Source of the DNA: a virus
Reading direction: 5' to 3' (one strand)
IMG/VR virus record: IMGVR_UViG_3300021440_000003
Location: 1 to 64,000 of that record
Length of the DNA: 64,000 nt
The notes under the pieces: model-generated
The model's database searches: none
Told to the model about the DNA's origin: nothing
Seen by the model: the letters and a program-made list of their open reading frames with translations, nothing else
Shown: positions 45,916 through 56,191 of the stretch, in pieces
How the letters are laid out: each line of letters starts with the position of its first letter
How positions within the stretch are numbered: the first letter of the stretch is position 1
Translations under genes and position numbers: made by a program

Positions 45916-47130
45916 TTAGACGACGGCCACACCCACGCGGTCGATGAAGACCAGTTGACGCAGGGTGGAGTCAGCATTGGATGCGTCGCGCAAGGCTGTG
46001 AAGCTCACGCTGGCCATCAAGTCCTGATCTTTGCCGCCAGCCACCACTTTGTGGGTGCTGATGTTGGCCACAGGAATCGTGAACACATAGCCGTTGCCGG
46101 AACCGTCCACCGAGCTGAACACCAGCTCGGTGTTGGTGTTGTTCAGGAAACGGTCGAAGATCGAACCATCGGCGAAGTAGATCTCAGCTTGCAGCGTCAG
46201 GTTGATGTTGCCAGAGCCAAGGCCAACAGGACCCAAGCTGCACAAGGCGTTCTGCTCGCGCAGCGAGTTGTCGTAGGACATGCTGATGGATTTCACCAGG
46301 CTCAGGGGTGCGCCGTTTTCCCACAGCACGCAAGAGCTGCCAGACACACCAGAATGCACGTCGTACGTGTACGAAGGCGTAGCGGCGCTGGGCAGCAGAG
46401 TGGAGGTGCTGCGACCGACACCGGAGCCTTTGAAGTCGAACTTGATGCTGGACAAGCCGCCCTGCGACAAAGCCACATCCATCTTGGACGGGGTTTGGCC
46501 GGTGTACTTGAAGAACTGGCCCACATCGTTCAATTCTTTCTGGAAAGTGAACGAGGTCTGGGTGGTGCCGTTGGTCAAGCGGCTGGACTGGACGGCCACA
46601 CCGGCGACAGCAGTACCGGCCACAGCAGGGGTGTTGGCATCCAACGTGATGACGGTAGCGGTGGGAGCCGTGGTCTTGCTGACGCGCAGAATCTTGCCGT
46701 TGTTGGCGTTCGCACCAGCGGAGACGCGGAACCACTGACCCTTCTTCAAGCCGGTGAAGGCGCTGGAGCCTGTGGGGGCAGCCGAGGCAGTGATCGTAGT
46801 GGCAGTGAAGTCAGCCGTGAAGGTGGCACCCACACCGTTGGTACCATACACCGTGTATGCGCTTTGCAGGGCAGCAGACATCAAGCGGTCAAACTCGGCG
46901 TATTGCAGCTCGCCGCCAATGCCCCCGGAGCTGGAGGCCGACACAGGGACCATAGAGCTTACGGAACGGTAGGCGTTGATCTCTTTGGACATCTCTTTGG
47001 AGATGCTGTAATCGAACGACTCGTCGAGCACGCGCAGGGCATAGACGGTGCCAGAAGCAGGCGTAACACCAAAGGTGGCTTCGGGGATGTACGATACGTT
47101 CAGGCGGGAAGAAGAAGCTAAGGTAGGCAT
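45916..47130 (-). CDS. Major tail tube protein
   Basis: E.TFGVTP N-terminus, position, SD GGAG. Confidence 0.8.
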   Translation of the reverse strand: MPTLASSSRLNVSYIPEATFGVTPASGTVYALRVLDESFDYSISKEMSKEINAYRSVSSMVPVSASSSGGIGGELQYAEFDRLMSAALQSAYTVYGTNGVGATFTADFTATTITASAAPTGSSAFTGLKKGQWFRVSAGANANNGKILRVSKTTAPTATVITLDANTPAVAGTAVAGVAVQSSRLTNGTTQTSFTFQKELNDVGQFFKYTGQTPSKMDVALSQGGLSSIKFDFKGSGVGRSTSTLLPSAATPSYTYDVHSGVSGSSCVLWENGAPLSLVKSISMSYDNSLREQNALCSLGPVGLGSGNINLTLQAEIYFADGSIFDRFLNNTNTELVFSSVDGSGNGYVFTIPVANISTHKVVAGGKDQDLMASVSFTALRDASNADSTLRQLVFIDRVGVAVV

Positions 47131-47255
47131 GTTCACACTCCAGGTTGGTGACCCGTAGTGTAAGGCGCTGACCTACCGTTGAATATCCGCGAACGCCGAT
47201 AGTGCTCCGGCTGTCAGACGTTCCTGAGTGTTGTTGTCACAAAAGCACTGAACCG

Positions 47256-47744
47256 TCATTCACCATATACCTTTGGCCAGCCGAATGATATATTGTGCAG
47301 CCACACGGCACTGGCAGTTGGAGCGGCCATCACGGCAGCTTTGTGAATCTCGGCCACCTTGAAAATCTCACCATCGGATGTGGCTGCGGCGAGAAAGATC
47401 TGGTGTGCAAGTTCTGGGGTCATCTGTACAAAGCTACCATCCATTGTTTTCCACAGGATAGTGGTAGGCATGTTGGACCCCATCAGCATAAGACCAATAT
47501 GCTGTGATCTGGACGTTAGGTCGCTGTGGAACCATTTACCATTGACTTGGTATCCACCTTCAAGAGTTCTACGGTCCCTCTCGGATTTTATGTCTTCCCA
47601 CCTCTTGGCTTTCAGCTTAGGAAGCTCAACTAAGTCAAGCACGTCGGTATCTTGCAGTGGTACACAACCTTCAGGTAGTAGATTCTCATTTTCGTTAGAA
47701 TCTATGAAGATAATCTCATTAGATGTGGTTCTATAGTATGGCAT
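47256..47744 (-). CDS. DUF4376-like fibre-associated protein
   Basis: IKSERDRR..GG..V.GKWFHSD..SR, WKTMDGSFV. Confidence 0.75.
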   Translation of the reverse strand: MPYYRTTSNEIIFIDSNENENLLPEGCVPLQDTDVLDLVELPKLKAKRWEDIKSERDRRTLEGGYQVNGKWFHSDLTSRSQHIGLMLMGSNMPTTILWKTMDGSFVQMTPELAHQIFLAAATSDGEIFKVAEIHKAAVMAAPTASAVWLHNISFGWPKVYGE

Positions 47745-49117
47745 TATGCTGTCCTAGCGTACCATGAATAACCGGCTGTTAACGAAGTTGGGGCTGTACT
47801 ACCTATACCATTAGGAGTCGATAGTGTAGACGCAACTTTATAAAGCTGAGATGGTGTCGTAGATTGTGTCATCAAAAAATACGTACCATTATATGCTATA
47901 GTTGATGGGGAGGATTCAGAATTAGTTGGTGTAGTAGTATGCACATTCCAAGTCACTCCATCAGCACTGTAGATTAGATTCCCTGGTACTTTCATCCAGA
48001 AATACCCACTAGCAAATATAAGCCCACCTTGGTTAGCTTGGTATGTGAGTGTATATGGAAGTGTAGCTACATTAGACCAAGTGATACCATCGGTAGACCT
48101 ATATACGTTACCACCAGTATCTAGTATTAGGAAATATGAGCTTCCGAAAACGATACCCAACGCATACTTACCGTTCGAGAATACCTGAGTTGCGTTTGTA
48201 AATGTGATACCGTCAGTACTTACGTATGAGTACCCATACCCACCGCTAAACCCAACAGTTGCAAATTTAGTACCGCTCCAACAAATATATGACGATTGGT
48301 TAAGGTTAGTAGCACCTGCTGACCATGTTATACCATCTGTACTATAGTACTGTGGCGCAGCATTACTATTACCAAGTACGAACCTAGTACCATTCCAGAT
48401 ACCCTGCTGCATCCAGCCGTTATAGTATCCTCCTGGACCATTTGTGGTTCTAGTCGTCCATGTGGCTCCACCGTCTGCGCTGGTGTAAAATAAAGTAGTC
48501 GAGCCAGTAGACAATACTATTAAGCTACCGCTAGACATTAGAGTAGCATAAGCAATGGTTGCACCATTAACGCTGCGGGCAGTCCAAACTATACCATCTG
48601 AACTGGTGTATACAGCTGGGTTAACATTAGGTACAAATGCAATCCATCGAGTGCCATCGTATATGATCTGCCCCCCAGACACCATACTGGAGGCATTTCC
48701 GAAGTTGACGTTAGACCCGTAAGAAACATACTTAGAGTTAAGTTGCTGCAAATTATGGTAATTAGCGTCGTAGGTTAGTGAAGTACCATTTAATACGGTG
48801 AACTTACCGGTACCTAGTGTAAGTAGATTAGATGTGCTTGGATACACGATAGCATCGTTAATTGCTACTTCTACTAATGCACCACCAGACCCACCTGTGG
48901 CACTCAAAGTACCTGCCGATAGGGTCAAGCCTGTACCTACCGAGATTTCTTCGATGGCACCAGTACCGGCAGTGGTTCGTCCAGCCAGCCGTGCAGCTTG
49001 CATCGTCAGGCCGCTGGACCCGATAGCCCCGGCTACGGCTACGCCGGACACAGAATCGCCAGCGGGCAACTCTTGGAGTTGCCCGCTGACCAGTACCAGA
49101 GGCTTGCGGATTGCCAT
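47744..49117 (-). CDS. Fibre/receptor-binding-like protein with S.DG.TW (BNR-like) repeats
   Basis: Repeated YTSSDGIVW, SADGGATW, STDGITW; C-terminal part is AT-rich. Confidence 0.7.
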   Translation of the reverse strand: MAIRKPLVLVSGQLQELPAGDSVSGVAVAGAIGSSGLTMQAARLAGRTTAGTGAIEEISVGTGLTLSAGTLSATGGSGGALVEVAINDAIVYPSTSNLLTLGTGKFTVLNGTSLTYDANYHNLQQLNSKYVSYGSNVNFGNASSMVSGGQIIYDGTRWIAFVPNVNPAVYTSSDGIVWTARSVNGATIAYATLMSSGSLIVLSTGSTTLFYTSADGGATWTTRTTNGPGGYYNGWMQQGIWNGTRFVLGNSNAAPQYYSTDGITWSAGATNLNQSSYICWSGTKFATVGFSGGYGYSYVSTDGITFTNATQVFSNGKYALGIVFGSSYFLILDTGGNVYRSTDGITWSNVATLPYTLTYQANQGGLIFASGYFWMKVPGNLIYSADGVTWNVHTTTPTNSESSPSTIAYNGTYFLMTQSTTPSQLYKVASTLSTPNGIGSTAPTSLTAGYSWYARTA

Positions 49118-49719
49118 TACGCCAGAACTACGGGTGGGTCAGACTGAAAGTTGATGGCCGTCGCGCTAATGGCAAATCCAATGCGCTGCGCCACATTGCC
49201 AGCGCCTGACGGGGCGGTGGAGGTGGCTCCCCCGGCTGTGGTGTTCAGGTATACCACACCTGGGGTTGCACCAGACACAGCAGTGTTGGTACCCTCGAAG
49301 TACACGGTGGCCTGTGCGCCAGAGGCCACCGCAGCCAGCACGAAGCCGTGGGCCTCTTTACCTGCGGTCGTGGCGTCGGCCTTGCGAACCTTCGCGCCAG
49401 CGGAGTTCCACACGTTCACGAAGTCTCCAGCGGCCAGTGCCTCGGATGCAGTGATAGATGCTGTATCGTCACCAAAACCGACAGGCATCATCGTCGCGTC
49501 GATGCGCCCAGAGCCGTCGAGCGCCACCACCTTGCCGGAGCTGGGCGCACCAGTAGAGGAAGTCGTGCTGTTAACGATGGTGGTGTCGAGCACCCCGGAT
49601 GCGTTCAGAGCGGGGACTTTGTTTGCGTCGGCCGCGCCAGCCGAGGTAGTCAGTGCGGCCTCCTCGGTAAGTACGCCCGATGCGTTCTTGAGGAATTTTT
49701 TGCTAGATGCGGTTCCCAT
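49117..49719 (-). CDS. Virion structural protein (cement/decoration-like C-terminal domain)
   Basis: Ala/Thr/Gly-rich; ASEALAAGDFV..KADA. Confidence 0.65.
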   Translation of the reverse strand: MGTASSKKFLKNASGVLTEEAALTTSAGAADANKVPALNASGVLDTTIVNSTTSSTGAPSSGKVVALDGSGRIDATMMPVGFGDDTASITASEALAAGDFVNVWNSAGAKVRKADATTAGKEAHGFVLAAVASGAQATVYFEGTNTAVSGATPGVVYLNTTAGGATSTAPSGAGNVAQRIGFAISATAINFQSDPPVVLA

Positions 49720-49732
49720 TTCACAACCCCTT

Positions 49733-50533
49733 TCAGGTCAAAATCAATGGCATTTGAATGTCTACGATGATTGTAGACGGAGTTTTGGCACTTGCCACCA
49801 CAAGGGAGAAAGCAGCCGGTTGCACTGGGGGAATTTGGGTGAGCGTCCCGTTTGCACCAAGGAAAATTGGGAGGTTGACGTCCCAGTTCCAAGATGGCTC
49901 ACTGATCTCTCCAAGTCGAAGAACGGTAAGCAAGGTGCCTGCGAGTGCAGCCCCCGTGCTCATACCGGCGACCTTCGGTGCATGGTCGATCATTGTATTG
50001 TCGGCGTAGATGAACTGACCAAGGGCGTCGAACGTCACCATGCGGTGGCCGCCCACAGCCATACCGGCTGGCAGTGTGAAAGTTGGGGCAACCACCAAGG
50101 TGGTGTTGGACGGGCCAGTGGCTGTTTCGTCGTACCAAAAAGGAATCACCATGCCGATGCTCAACCACCCGTCCACGGGCTTCGACGGAGGCAGAGGCTT
50201 GGCACCCATCGTTCGGATGGGCGTCAGCATGTCCGTCATATGCAAGGCGGGGTAGAAGTGGTCGAGGATCTCGTTGGCGGCTCGGGTACCCTTACCGACC
50301 TTCACCATTCCCTCCAGGAGAATGTTGCCCATCATTCGGTGGATGGGGTTCGCCGACAAGTCCACCTGCCAACCGTCCCGGAACTGGGTGCTCACGCGCA
50401 AAAATGCGTTGGACTGTGCCCCAAGGTTCAACAGCAGGTTGTCATACTCGACGCCCAGCGCGGCACCAGACCAGCTCGTCCTGCGAGCTTCCACAGCGGT
50501 GCGGATAGCGGTGCGTATGGCTTCTGTGCTCAT
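49733..50533 (-). CDS. Tail terminator-like protein with an extra C-terminal domain
   Basis: Position after the neck gene; N-terminal ~140 aa ending IPFWYD. Confidence 0.55.
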   Translation of the reverse strand: MSTEAIRTAIRTAVEARRTSWSGAALGVEYDNLLLNLGAQSNAFLRVSTQFRDGWQVDLSANPIHRMMGNILLEGMVKVGKGTRAANEILDHFYPALHMTDMLTPIRTMGAKPLPPSKPVDGWLSIGMVIPFWYDETATGPSNTTLVVAPTFTLPAGMAVGGHRMVTFDALGQFIYADNTMIDHAPKVAGMSTGAALAGTLLTVLRLGEISEPSWNWDVNLPIFLGANGTLTQIPPVQPAAFSLVVASAKTPSTIIVDIQMPLILT

Positions 50534-50538
50534 TTGGT

Positions 50539-51057
50539 TTAGGAAGAACGTGTCACGATATTGTACCCGGACAGACCGTACTTGAGTTTGATGTATTCCC
50601 CCATCATCACCTCCCCGGATGGGCCAAGGTTGACCTCCCGGATGTCGCGCCCATCGGGGCCTACACCGGCCTGCACAGCAGCCGCGTACGGGGTGCGGTT
50701 GACGAAGGTGACCTTCTGGTTCCAGCGCAGGGTGTCCAACTTTGGCATCTCGCGTACCAAGGTGGCCGTGACGGCTGGGTCATTGCCCATCTTCTGCACA
50801 CCCTTGTTGGCTTCCCCCGGGCCAGCCCACGTGGTGCTGTAGGCGGGAATCTCGCGGTAGGACGGGTTACGACCGTCGCCGATCTTGATGAACCAGTTAG
50901 ATGTCAAGTTGCCGGACCACTGCGGGGTGACCTGAACCAGGTCTGCGAACATCTCGGCCACCGCACCCCGGTACTCGGCCGTCACCCTGCCCTCAAGACG
51001 AGCCTGCACCAGCTTGGCATCGCTCAGGAGAGCATGGGCGCTGGCCATGGAGATCAT
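50539..51057 (-). CDS. Neck/tail completion protein (HK97 gp10-like)
   Basis: TPQWSGNLTSNW, N.TPYA. Confidence 0.65.
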   Translation of the reverse strand: MISMASAHALLSDAKLVQARLEGRVTAEYRGAVAEMFADLVQVTPQWSGNLTSNWFIKIGDGRNPSYREIPAYSTTWAGPGEANKGVQKMGNDPAVTATLVREMPKLDTLRWNQKVTFVNRTPYAAAVQAGVGPDGRDIREVNLGPSGEVMMGEYIKLKYGLSGYNIVTRSS

Positions 51058-51884
51058 GCAAGCCTCACCAAGCACTTCCAGGAGTCAGCCTCTGCTGTCA
51101 CCGAGAAGATCTGATACATGGTCCCAGCGACTTCCACCTGACGGCCGACTTCAGGAGATGCGGCGCTGGACGCTACCACCAGAATGTGGTCACCAGCTTG
51201 CACAAGTGGGTCTGCCTGTGTGCGGTACTCGTAGAGCTTGTAGGCTTCCAAGAGCAAGCCTGTGGTCGCTACCGTGGCCCCGGAGTACGACTCGCTGATG
51301 GGGTCAAAGGTGGACGCCTGGAACAGCACGGGCACCGTGGCGGCGTCCAGCTGGTCGGCTTCGCTGACCCGGTAGCCGTTGAGCAAGTCGTAGGTGTTTC
51401 GGACACGGTAGGTGGCCGTACCGCCCACCAGATACCCGCCCTTGGTCACCGTCTCCGTGGTGGACGTGTAGATGTTCCAGAACGTGTCGTATTGGGCTTC
51501 AGTCGGGCTGTTGACCGTGGACTTCAGGTATTCCTTCTGGGCGTACGCTGTGACGCCTCCAAGGCCCAGAGCAGCCTGCCCTGGCGTGCGCAGCACCAAG
51601 GTGTCCGTGATCTTGCGCATCGCGTATGACGTGCGTACGGCCTGCCCTTGGATGCCATCTCGCACGCCGTCCCCTACCAGCCACAGCTCTCCCAGGTAAC
51701 TGATGATGCGGCGGGGTGGGATGACAAGATCAGTGGCAAGCGACAGGACCCGTCGCTGGGAGATGGTGCCATCCACTTGGGAGTCGATGAACGAACTCAC
51801 TTGTCCATCGTACAGGTACGTGTTCACGTACCCATCGTAGATGGGGATGTCATCAAACCATCGGCTGTAGACATTGAGGTCCAT
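51054..51884 (-). CDS. Head-tail joining/closure protein
   Basis: Position in the head-tail cluster. Confidence 0.55.
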   Translation of the reverse strand: MDLNVYSRWFDDIPIYDGYVNTYLYDGQVSSFIDSQVDGTISQRRVLSLATDLVIPPRRIISYLGELWLVGDGVRDGIQGQAVRTSYAMRKITDTLVLRTPGQAALGLGGVTAYAQKEYLKSTVNSPTEAQYDTFWNIYTSTTETVTKGGYLVGGTATYRVRNTYDLLNGYRVSEADQLDAATVPVLFQASTFDPISESYSGATVATTGLLLEAYKLYEYRTQADPLVQAGDHILVVASSAASPEVGRQVEVAGTMYQIFSVTAEADSWKCLVRLA

Positions 51885-52390
51885 CAGGTGGTCACCGGGT
51901 CTTTGTTGAGGCCGGTCGCCGTGAAGTAGACACGGGTGTGGCCAGTGGCGCCGCTGCTCACCACCCCGCCGATCACCGTGTAGGCTGTCAGCAAGCGGCG
52001 GCGTAGGGTAGACAGCATCAAGGGGACGCTTTCCTTCACATCCGCGAAGGGGTCGGCAATTCGTTCGGCTTCCGCCCGCCCGTCGGTCACGCGCTTAACC
52101 GCGAAGTACGGCAGCGAGGTGAGCAAGGTGTTGCTTACGCTATACGCACTATATACCTGTGCCAGCTCGAAGTACCTCTGCTGGTCAGCTGTCCGTGAAC
52201 CTTGGGGAGTGCCAGAAACGGTGGCATACAGGCTGCGAATGCCTGAGCCTGCCGTACTGTCCAGAGAGTCCAAGTCAATCAGCAGGAGCCGCTCGTACAA
52301 GGCCAAGGCAAGCGTCTCGTCCTTGATGTCCTTGTTGGAGACACCAAGAACAGCACGAATCTCGTCGTAGGAAGTGTAGTCGGTCAGCAA
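51884..52390 (-). CDS. Head-tail adaptor-like protein
   Basis: YTSYDEIRAVLGV N-terminus; downstream of the capsid gene. Confidence 0.6.
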   Translation of the reverse strand: MLTDYTSYDEIRAVLGVSNKDIKDETLALALYERLLLIDLDSLDSTAGSGIRSLYATVSGTPQGSRTADQQRYFELAQVYSAYSVSNTLLTSLPYFAVKRVTDGRAEAERIADPFADVKESVPLMLSTLRRRLLTAYTVIGGVVSSGATGHTRVYFTATGLNKDPVTT

Positions 52391-52490
52391 AATGAACTCT
52401 CCAAGTCAGCCCGAGTATTGTGACAGGGTGGGAGCCTTGGGATGTGACAAGGTGGTGCTTGGTGTGCGTTTGGTGTATGCTTCGGCCCCT

Positions 52491-52826
52491 ATGAAAACAA
52501 ATTTTGGGTTCGATGGTCGCATGTTTCTCACCGAAGCGGAGCACTCCACCTATCTCCGACGGATGCCAGTGCGCTACGTCAAGCACAAGAAATCGCTGCT
52601 ATGTTGCGTGTGCGGAAAGCCGGGGACCAAGGAATCTCCGATTGAAAACGCCCACAAGATCGGGTTCAGGGATGGCATCGTCCGGTATTGGCTGACACCT
52701 GACTACCTGGACAGGGAGGAGAACATCGCGTCCGCACACCGTGGGGCCTGCAACTCCGCTGTGGAGTGGACGCATGAGCAGGTACAAGAATTTCTGGGCA
52801 AAGAAAACCCCGCCGAGGCGGGGTGA
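52491..52826 (+). CDS. HNH-like endonuclease, antisense to the head operon
   Basis: CCVCG...ENAHKI...N...AHRGACN. Confidence 0.6.
   Translation: MKTNFGFDGRMFLTEAEHSTYLRRMPVRYVKHKKSLLCCVCGKPGTKESPIENAHKIGFRDGIVRYWLTPDYLDREENIASAHRGACNSAVEWTHEQVQEFLGKENPAEAG
52803..52824 (-). terminator. Terminator hairpin after the capsid operon
   Basis: ACCCCGCC/GGCGGGGT stem followed by TTTCTTT on the minus strand. Confidence 0.65.
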
Positions 52827-52828
52827 TC

Positions 52829-53044
52829 TTATTTGGCCTTGGCCTTGGGCAATGGCTCCCGCATAGGCTCTACATCGACTGTGGGGTCGGGAATCTCCAC
52901 GATCGCAGGTTGAGACAAGATGGACACCGTGGGAGTAGCTTTGGTGGCCACCCCAGGCTGCAAGTACACACCGGCTTCGTGATCGAAGAAGGGGTAGCTT
53001 GCGGTCAGTCGGAACCATTTTCCTTTAGGGTCATGAATTTGCAT
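52829..53044 (-). CDS. Small hypothetical protein after the MCP
   Basis: 71-aa ORF. Confidence 0.55.
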   Translation of the reverse strand: MQIHDPKGKWFRLTASYPFFDHEAGVYLQPGVATKATPTVSILSQPAIVEIPDPTVDVEPMREPLPKAKAK

Positions 53045-53079
53045 GTGTCAGAGGGCCGGGTTTCCCCGGCCCACTCCTA

Positions 53080-54282
53080 TCAGGCAATAGTCAGGATGTC
53101 AAACCCGCGCAGTTCACTGTTACCCATCGTGCGGTAGCACAGTTCGCTCCAATCATAGCGCAGTGCTGTGCTTCGAGCCATAACGAAGTTCTCTGAGGCC
53201 GCATAATTTGCAGCTGCGTTCGTCACCTTGGTGATGGCAGAGCGGCTGTCCAGAGCCCACACTTGACCTTCGGGCACGGGGCCACCAGCGGCGTAGTCGT
53301 CCACGATGAACCACTTGACATCGTTGCCGAAGCCAGCGTTCACAGCAGATGCCTGCGGGTCGATACGAGCCAGAGTGGGGTCGTAGTTGTTGGTGCCGGG
53401 GCGACCAGTACGACCTTCAACTTGCAGGTAGGTGCCCACGGTGCCGATCACGAAGTCAACCTTGCGGTACTTGCGATTGCGAGCCAGGAACTTCACCCAA
53501 GCCTTGTGGGTCAGCACGCCACCGGTGGCAGCAGCATCCAAGGATGTGGAAGTCACGGCAGACACAGCGCCAGTGTTCAGGTCGTTGTCGCCCAGGAACA
53601 AGGAGCTCAGGTAGTCATACACGCGGCTGTCCTTCTCGACTTCCATGAAGCGAGCGGTCATCAGGGCCACCATGTCCAAGGTGCTGGCACGCAGGGCCTG
53701 GTCGGAGAACTCCATACCGATCGACCACACGGGCAGACGGCGGATACGGTCAGCGGTGCTGAACTTCAGGACCGTGGCGGGCGTGGCGTTTTGGGCGATA
53801 CGCTGTGCACGGGCTTGCTCGGGACCGCCAGCAGTGCCGTAGTTGATGACGGGCTGCTCGAAGTTCTCGTTGGTCACAGAGATGTTCTGGCCAACCATCT
53901 GGTCGAACACCACGGTGTCAGTCACGCGGTCCTTGGCAAGCTGGGACTCGATGGCGGCCAGCAAGGCGGGCGGGAACAGCGTACGGGAGGCGGAGCCGAA
54001 GGGGGTGCCGGAGTCCGTGGTGTTGATACCAGCAGAAGCCTTGCCGCTCAGGATCTCGTCGATGGTGGAAGCACGCAGGCCGAAGGGGTTTTTGCCGGGG
54101 AGGGCAAGACCTTCAGAAGCGCACAGCTGCTGGAACGCGGTACCGATTTTGAGGTCGGCGTTGGCGTGTTCACGGTTCAGGAAGTGCTCAACGCTGAGGT
54201 TGGCTTCCAGAGCTTTTTTGTGGACTTCCGGTCCGACAGCAACTTGCTGGGTGTTGCCGGAAGCGTCGATGTAGGCTGCCAT
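53080..54282 (-). CDS. Major capsid protein
   Basis: 400 aa, SD GAGGAG, follows protease and decoration genes; GC hairpin at 53053-53072 downstream. Confidence 0.8.
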   Translation of the reverse strand: MAAYIDASGNTQQVAVGPEVHKKALEANLSVEHFLNREHANADLKIGTAFQQLCASEGLALPGKNPFGLRASTIDEILSGKASAGINTTDSGTPFGSASRTLFPPALLAAIESQLAKDRVTDTVVFDQMVGQNISVTNENFEQPVINYGTAGGPEQARAQRIAQNATPATVLKFSTADRIRRLPVWSIGMEFSDQALRASTLDMVALMTARFMEVEKDSRVYDYLSSLFLGDNDLNTGAVSAVTSTSLDAAATGGVLTHKAWVKFLARNRKYRKVDFVIGTVGTYLQVEGRTGRPGTNNYDPTLARIDPQASAVNAGFGNDVKWFIVDDYAAGGPVPEGQVWALDSRSAITKVTNAAANYAASENFVMARSTALRYDWSELCYRTMGNSELRGFDILTIA

Positions 54283-54302
54283 TTCGTATTACTCCTCAGA
54301 AA

Positions 54303-54779
54303 TTAAAGACGTTCGATCACGACGGTGGTGCCAACAGCACCAGTACCGACGGTACCCAGGGACACAACGCGCCACATGAAACGGATGCCAGTTTGGGAAG
54401 TGGCCTTCACGACTTTGGGGAAGTCGGTCAGATCGGTACCCTTGGCAGTCACGGTGCCAGCCACAACGTAGTCGCCAACAGCGAGAACGCCAGTGCCAGG
54501 GGTGGCTTGCAGGCCATCAGCGCGAGCATAGATGCGACCTTCGGTCACGATGCCGCCGATGGAATAGCCGTTTTGCGTGGCGGACTCGACGGAAGACACG
54601 ACGCCTTCAATCTCGTCACCAACGGCGCACAGGTTGTAGCGGGACTCGCCCACCAACTTCACCAGCTTGCCTTCGTCAACGTCAGCGAAACGATCGCCAA
54701 CTGCATTTCCAGCACCGAGACGAACGGTGGTGGACTCCTCCGAGGGAGCGGTAGGAACAATGTAATGATCGCGTGCCAT
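54303..54779 (-). CDS. Head decoration/cement protein
   Basis: Small beta-rich protein directly upstream of the MCP; SD AAGGAG. Confidence 0.65.
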   Translation of the reverse strand: MARDHYIVPTAPSEESTTVRLGAGNAVGDRFADVDEGKLVKLVGESRYNLCAVGDEIEGVVSSVESATQNGYSIGGIVTEGRIYARADGLQATPGTGVLAVGDYVVAGTVTAKGTDLTDFPKVVKATSQTGIRFMWRVVSLGTVGTGAVGTTVVIERL

Positions 54780-54791
54780 GAAAAATACTCC

Positions 54792-56180
54792 TTATTTCGA
54801 GGCGGGAACAGATCGAGCCAACACAGCAAAGAGAGGGTTGGAAGCAGTTTCACCTTTCGGCTTGCTACCTTCAACCGGGGCGGTTGCTGCGACCCCACCC
54901 ACCTTAAACTTCTCAGCGTACACGGCAGACAAGCGTTTGTGCTCGGAGGCCAGTGCTTCACCGGTGAATGCGGAACCGCTGGCGGTGCCACCCAGGGCGA
55001 CGGCCATGTGGTCCACGCTCACGCGGACAACCGATTCAAACTCGGCGTAGAGGGCAGCTTGGCCATCGGCTTTTTCCGTGGCGGCTTTGGATTCAGCACG
55101 AGCAGCAACTGCGTCGGCTTGGGCCAGCTTCAGCTCGTCGCGCAGGAAGGACACCAGAGCGCCTTCAGTCTGCACAGCAGCAACGGGGGCCGGAGTAGCT
55201 TCAGGAGCCACAGGCTCTGCGGGGGCCACAGCAGCTACTGCGCTGGTATCTTCCAGTGTAGCTTCGGGCAAAGTAGGTTTGGTCATATCATGTCCTTGAC
55301 TCAGATGTGCGGAATTATCAATCACCGCCGAGGCCGAACCAACAGAAGCACGCTGTTTTGGCTTCATACTGGCAGCGACTGATGCTGCGTATTTTAGAGC
55401 ATCCTCGTACGTACCGATGGCGTCTACAAGGCCAACATCCAAATTTTGTGAGCCGATGAAGACACGTCCTTGGGCCATCTTGGCATCAGCTTCCATCGGG
55501 CTCACGCCGCGCTGGTCGGCCACATGGGCCAAGAACGGCTTGTAGAGGTGGTCAACCTGCGACTGCAAGGTGGCTTGGCCATCTGCCGACAAGGGTTCCA
55601 TCGAGTGCGTGTTGGCTTTGTACTTTCCAGCACGCACGACCGTCACGGTGATGCCATCCTGAGCAAGCTGCTTGCTGCGCTCGGCGTGCACTTGGAGCAC
55701 ACCGATGGAACCGGCCACTGTGGTGTCACTCACGATCACGTGCGAGCCTGTGGACCCCAGCCAATACGCCGCAGAGACCATCGTGCCATCGCTGAAAGTG
55801 GTCACGGGCTTGATCTTACCGGCTTCAGCCAGGAACTTGGCCGTGTCAGACACGCCCGCAACCTGCCCGCCACCGGAATCCACGTTGAGCAAGATGGACT
55901 TGACGTCCGGGTGGACAAGGGCTTCCACCACAGCTTGGCGCACGTTGTCGTAGCCAGTCACGCCGAAGAAGCGCATCCAGCCAGCATCACCTTGCACCAG
56001 AGGGCCTTGGATGTCAACAACACCTACGTTGCCAACCCGGTGCCACATCGGGGGCATCTCCGGGGCTTTGTCGGACGCGGCGGCAGCCATGGCCACAGCC
56101 TTGTCCGAGCATGACAGCACGTATTCGTAGCTGTCTTGGGTACCGCACCAAAACGGTTGGGGTTCGATACTGGCTCTCAT
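54792..56180 (-). CDS. S49 (SppA-like) prohead protease with C-terminal scaffold domain
   Basis: DSGGG, SAAYWLGS, GSIGV, AGKYK, GLVDAIG; possible internal start MTKPT at 55286 with SD AAGGA. Confidence 0.9.
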   Translation of the reverse strand: MRASIEPQPFWCGTQDSYEYVLSCSDKAVAMAAAASDKAPEMPPMWHRVGNVGVVDIQGPLVQGDAGWMRFFGVTGYDNVRQAVVEALVHPDVKSILLNVDSGGGQVAGVSDTAKFLAEAGKIKPVTTFSDGTMVSAAYWLGSTGSHVIVSDTTVAGSIGVLQVHAERSKQLAQDGITVTVVRAGKYKANTHSMEPLSADGQATLQSQVDHLYKPFLAHVADQRGVSPMEADAKMAQGRVFIGSQNLDVGLVDAIGTYEDALKYAASVAASMKPKQRASVGSASAVIDNSAHLSQGHDMTKPTLPEATLEDTSAVAAVAPAEPVAPEATPAPVAAVQTEGALVSFLRDELKLAQADAVAARAESKAATEKADGQAALYAEFESVVRVSVDHMAVALGGTASGSAFTGEALASEHKRLSAVYAEKFKVGGVAATAPVEGSKPKGETASNPLFAVLARSVPASK

Positions 56181-56191
56181 TTCAACTCCAA

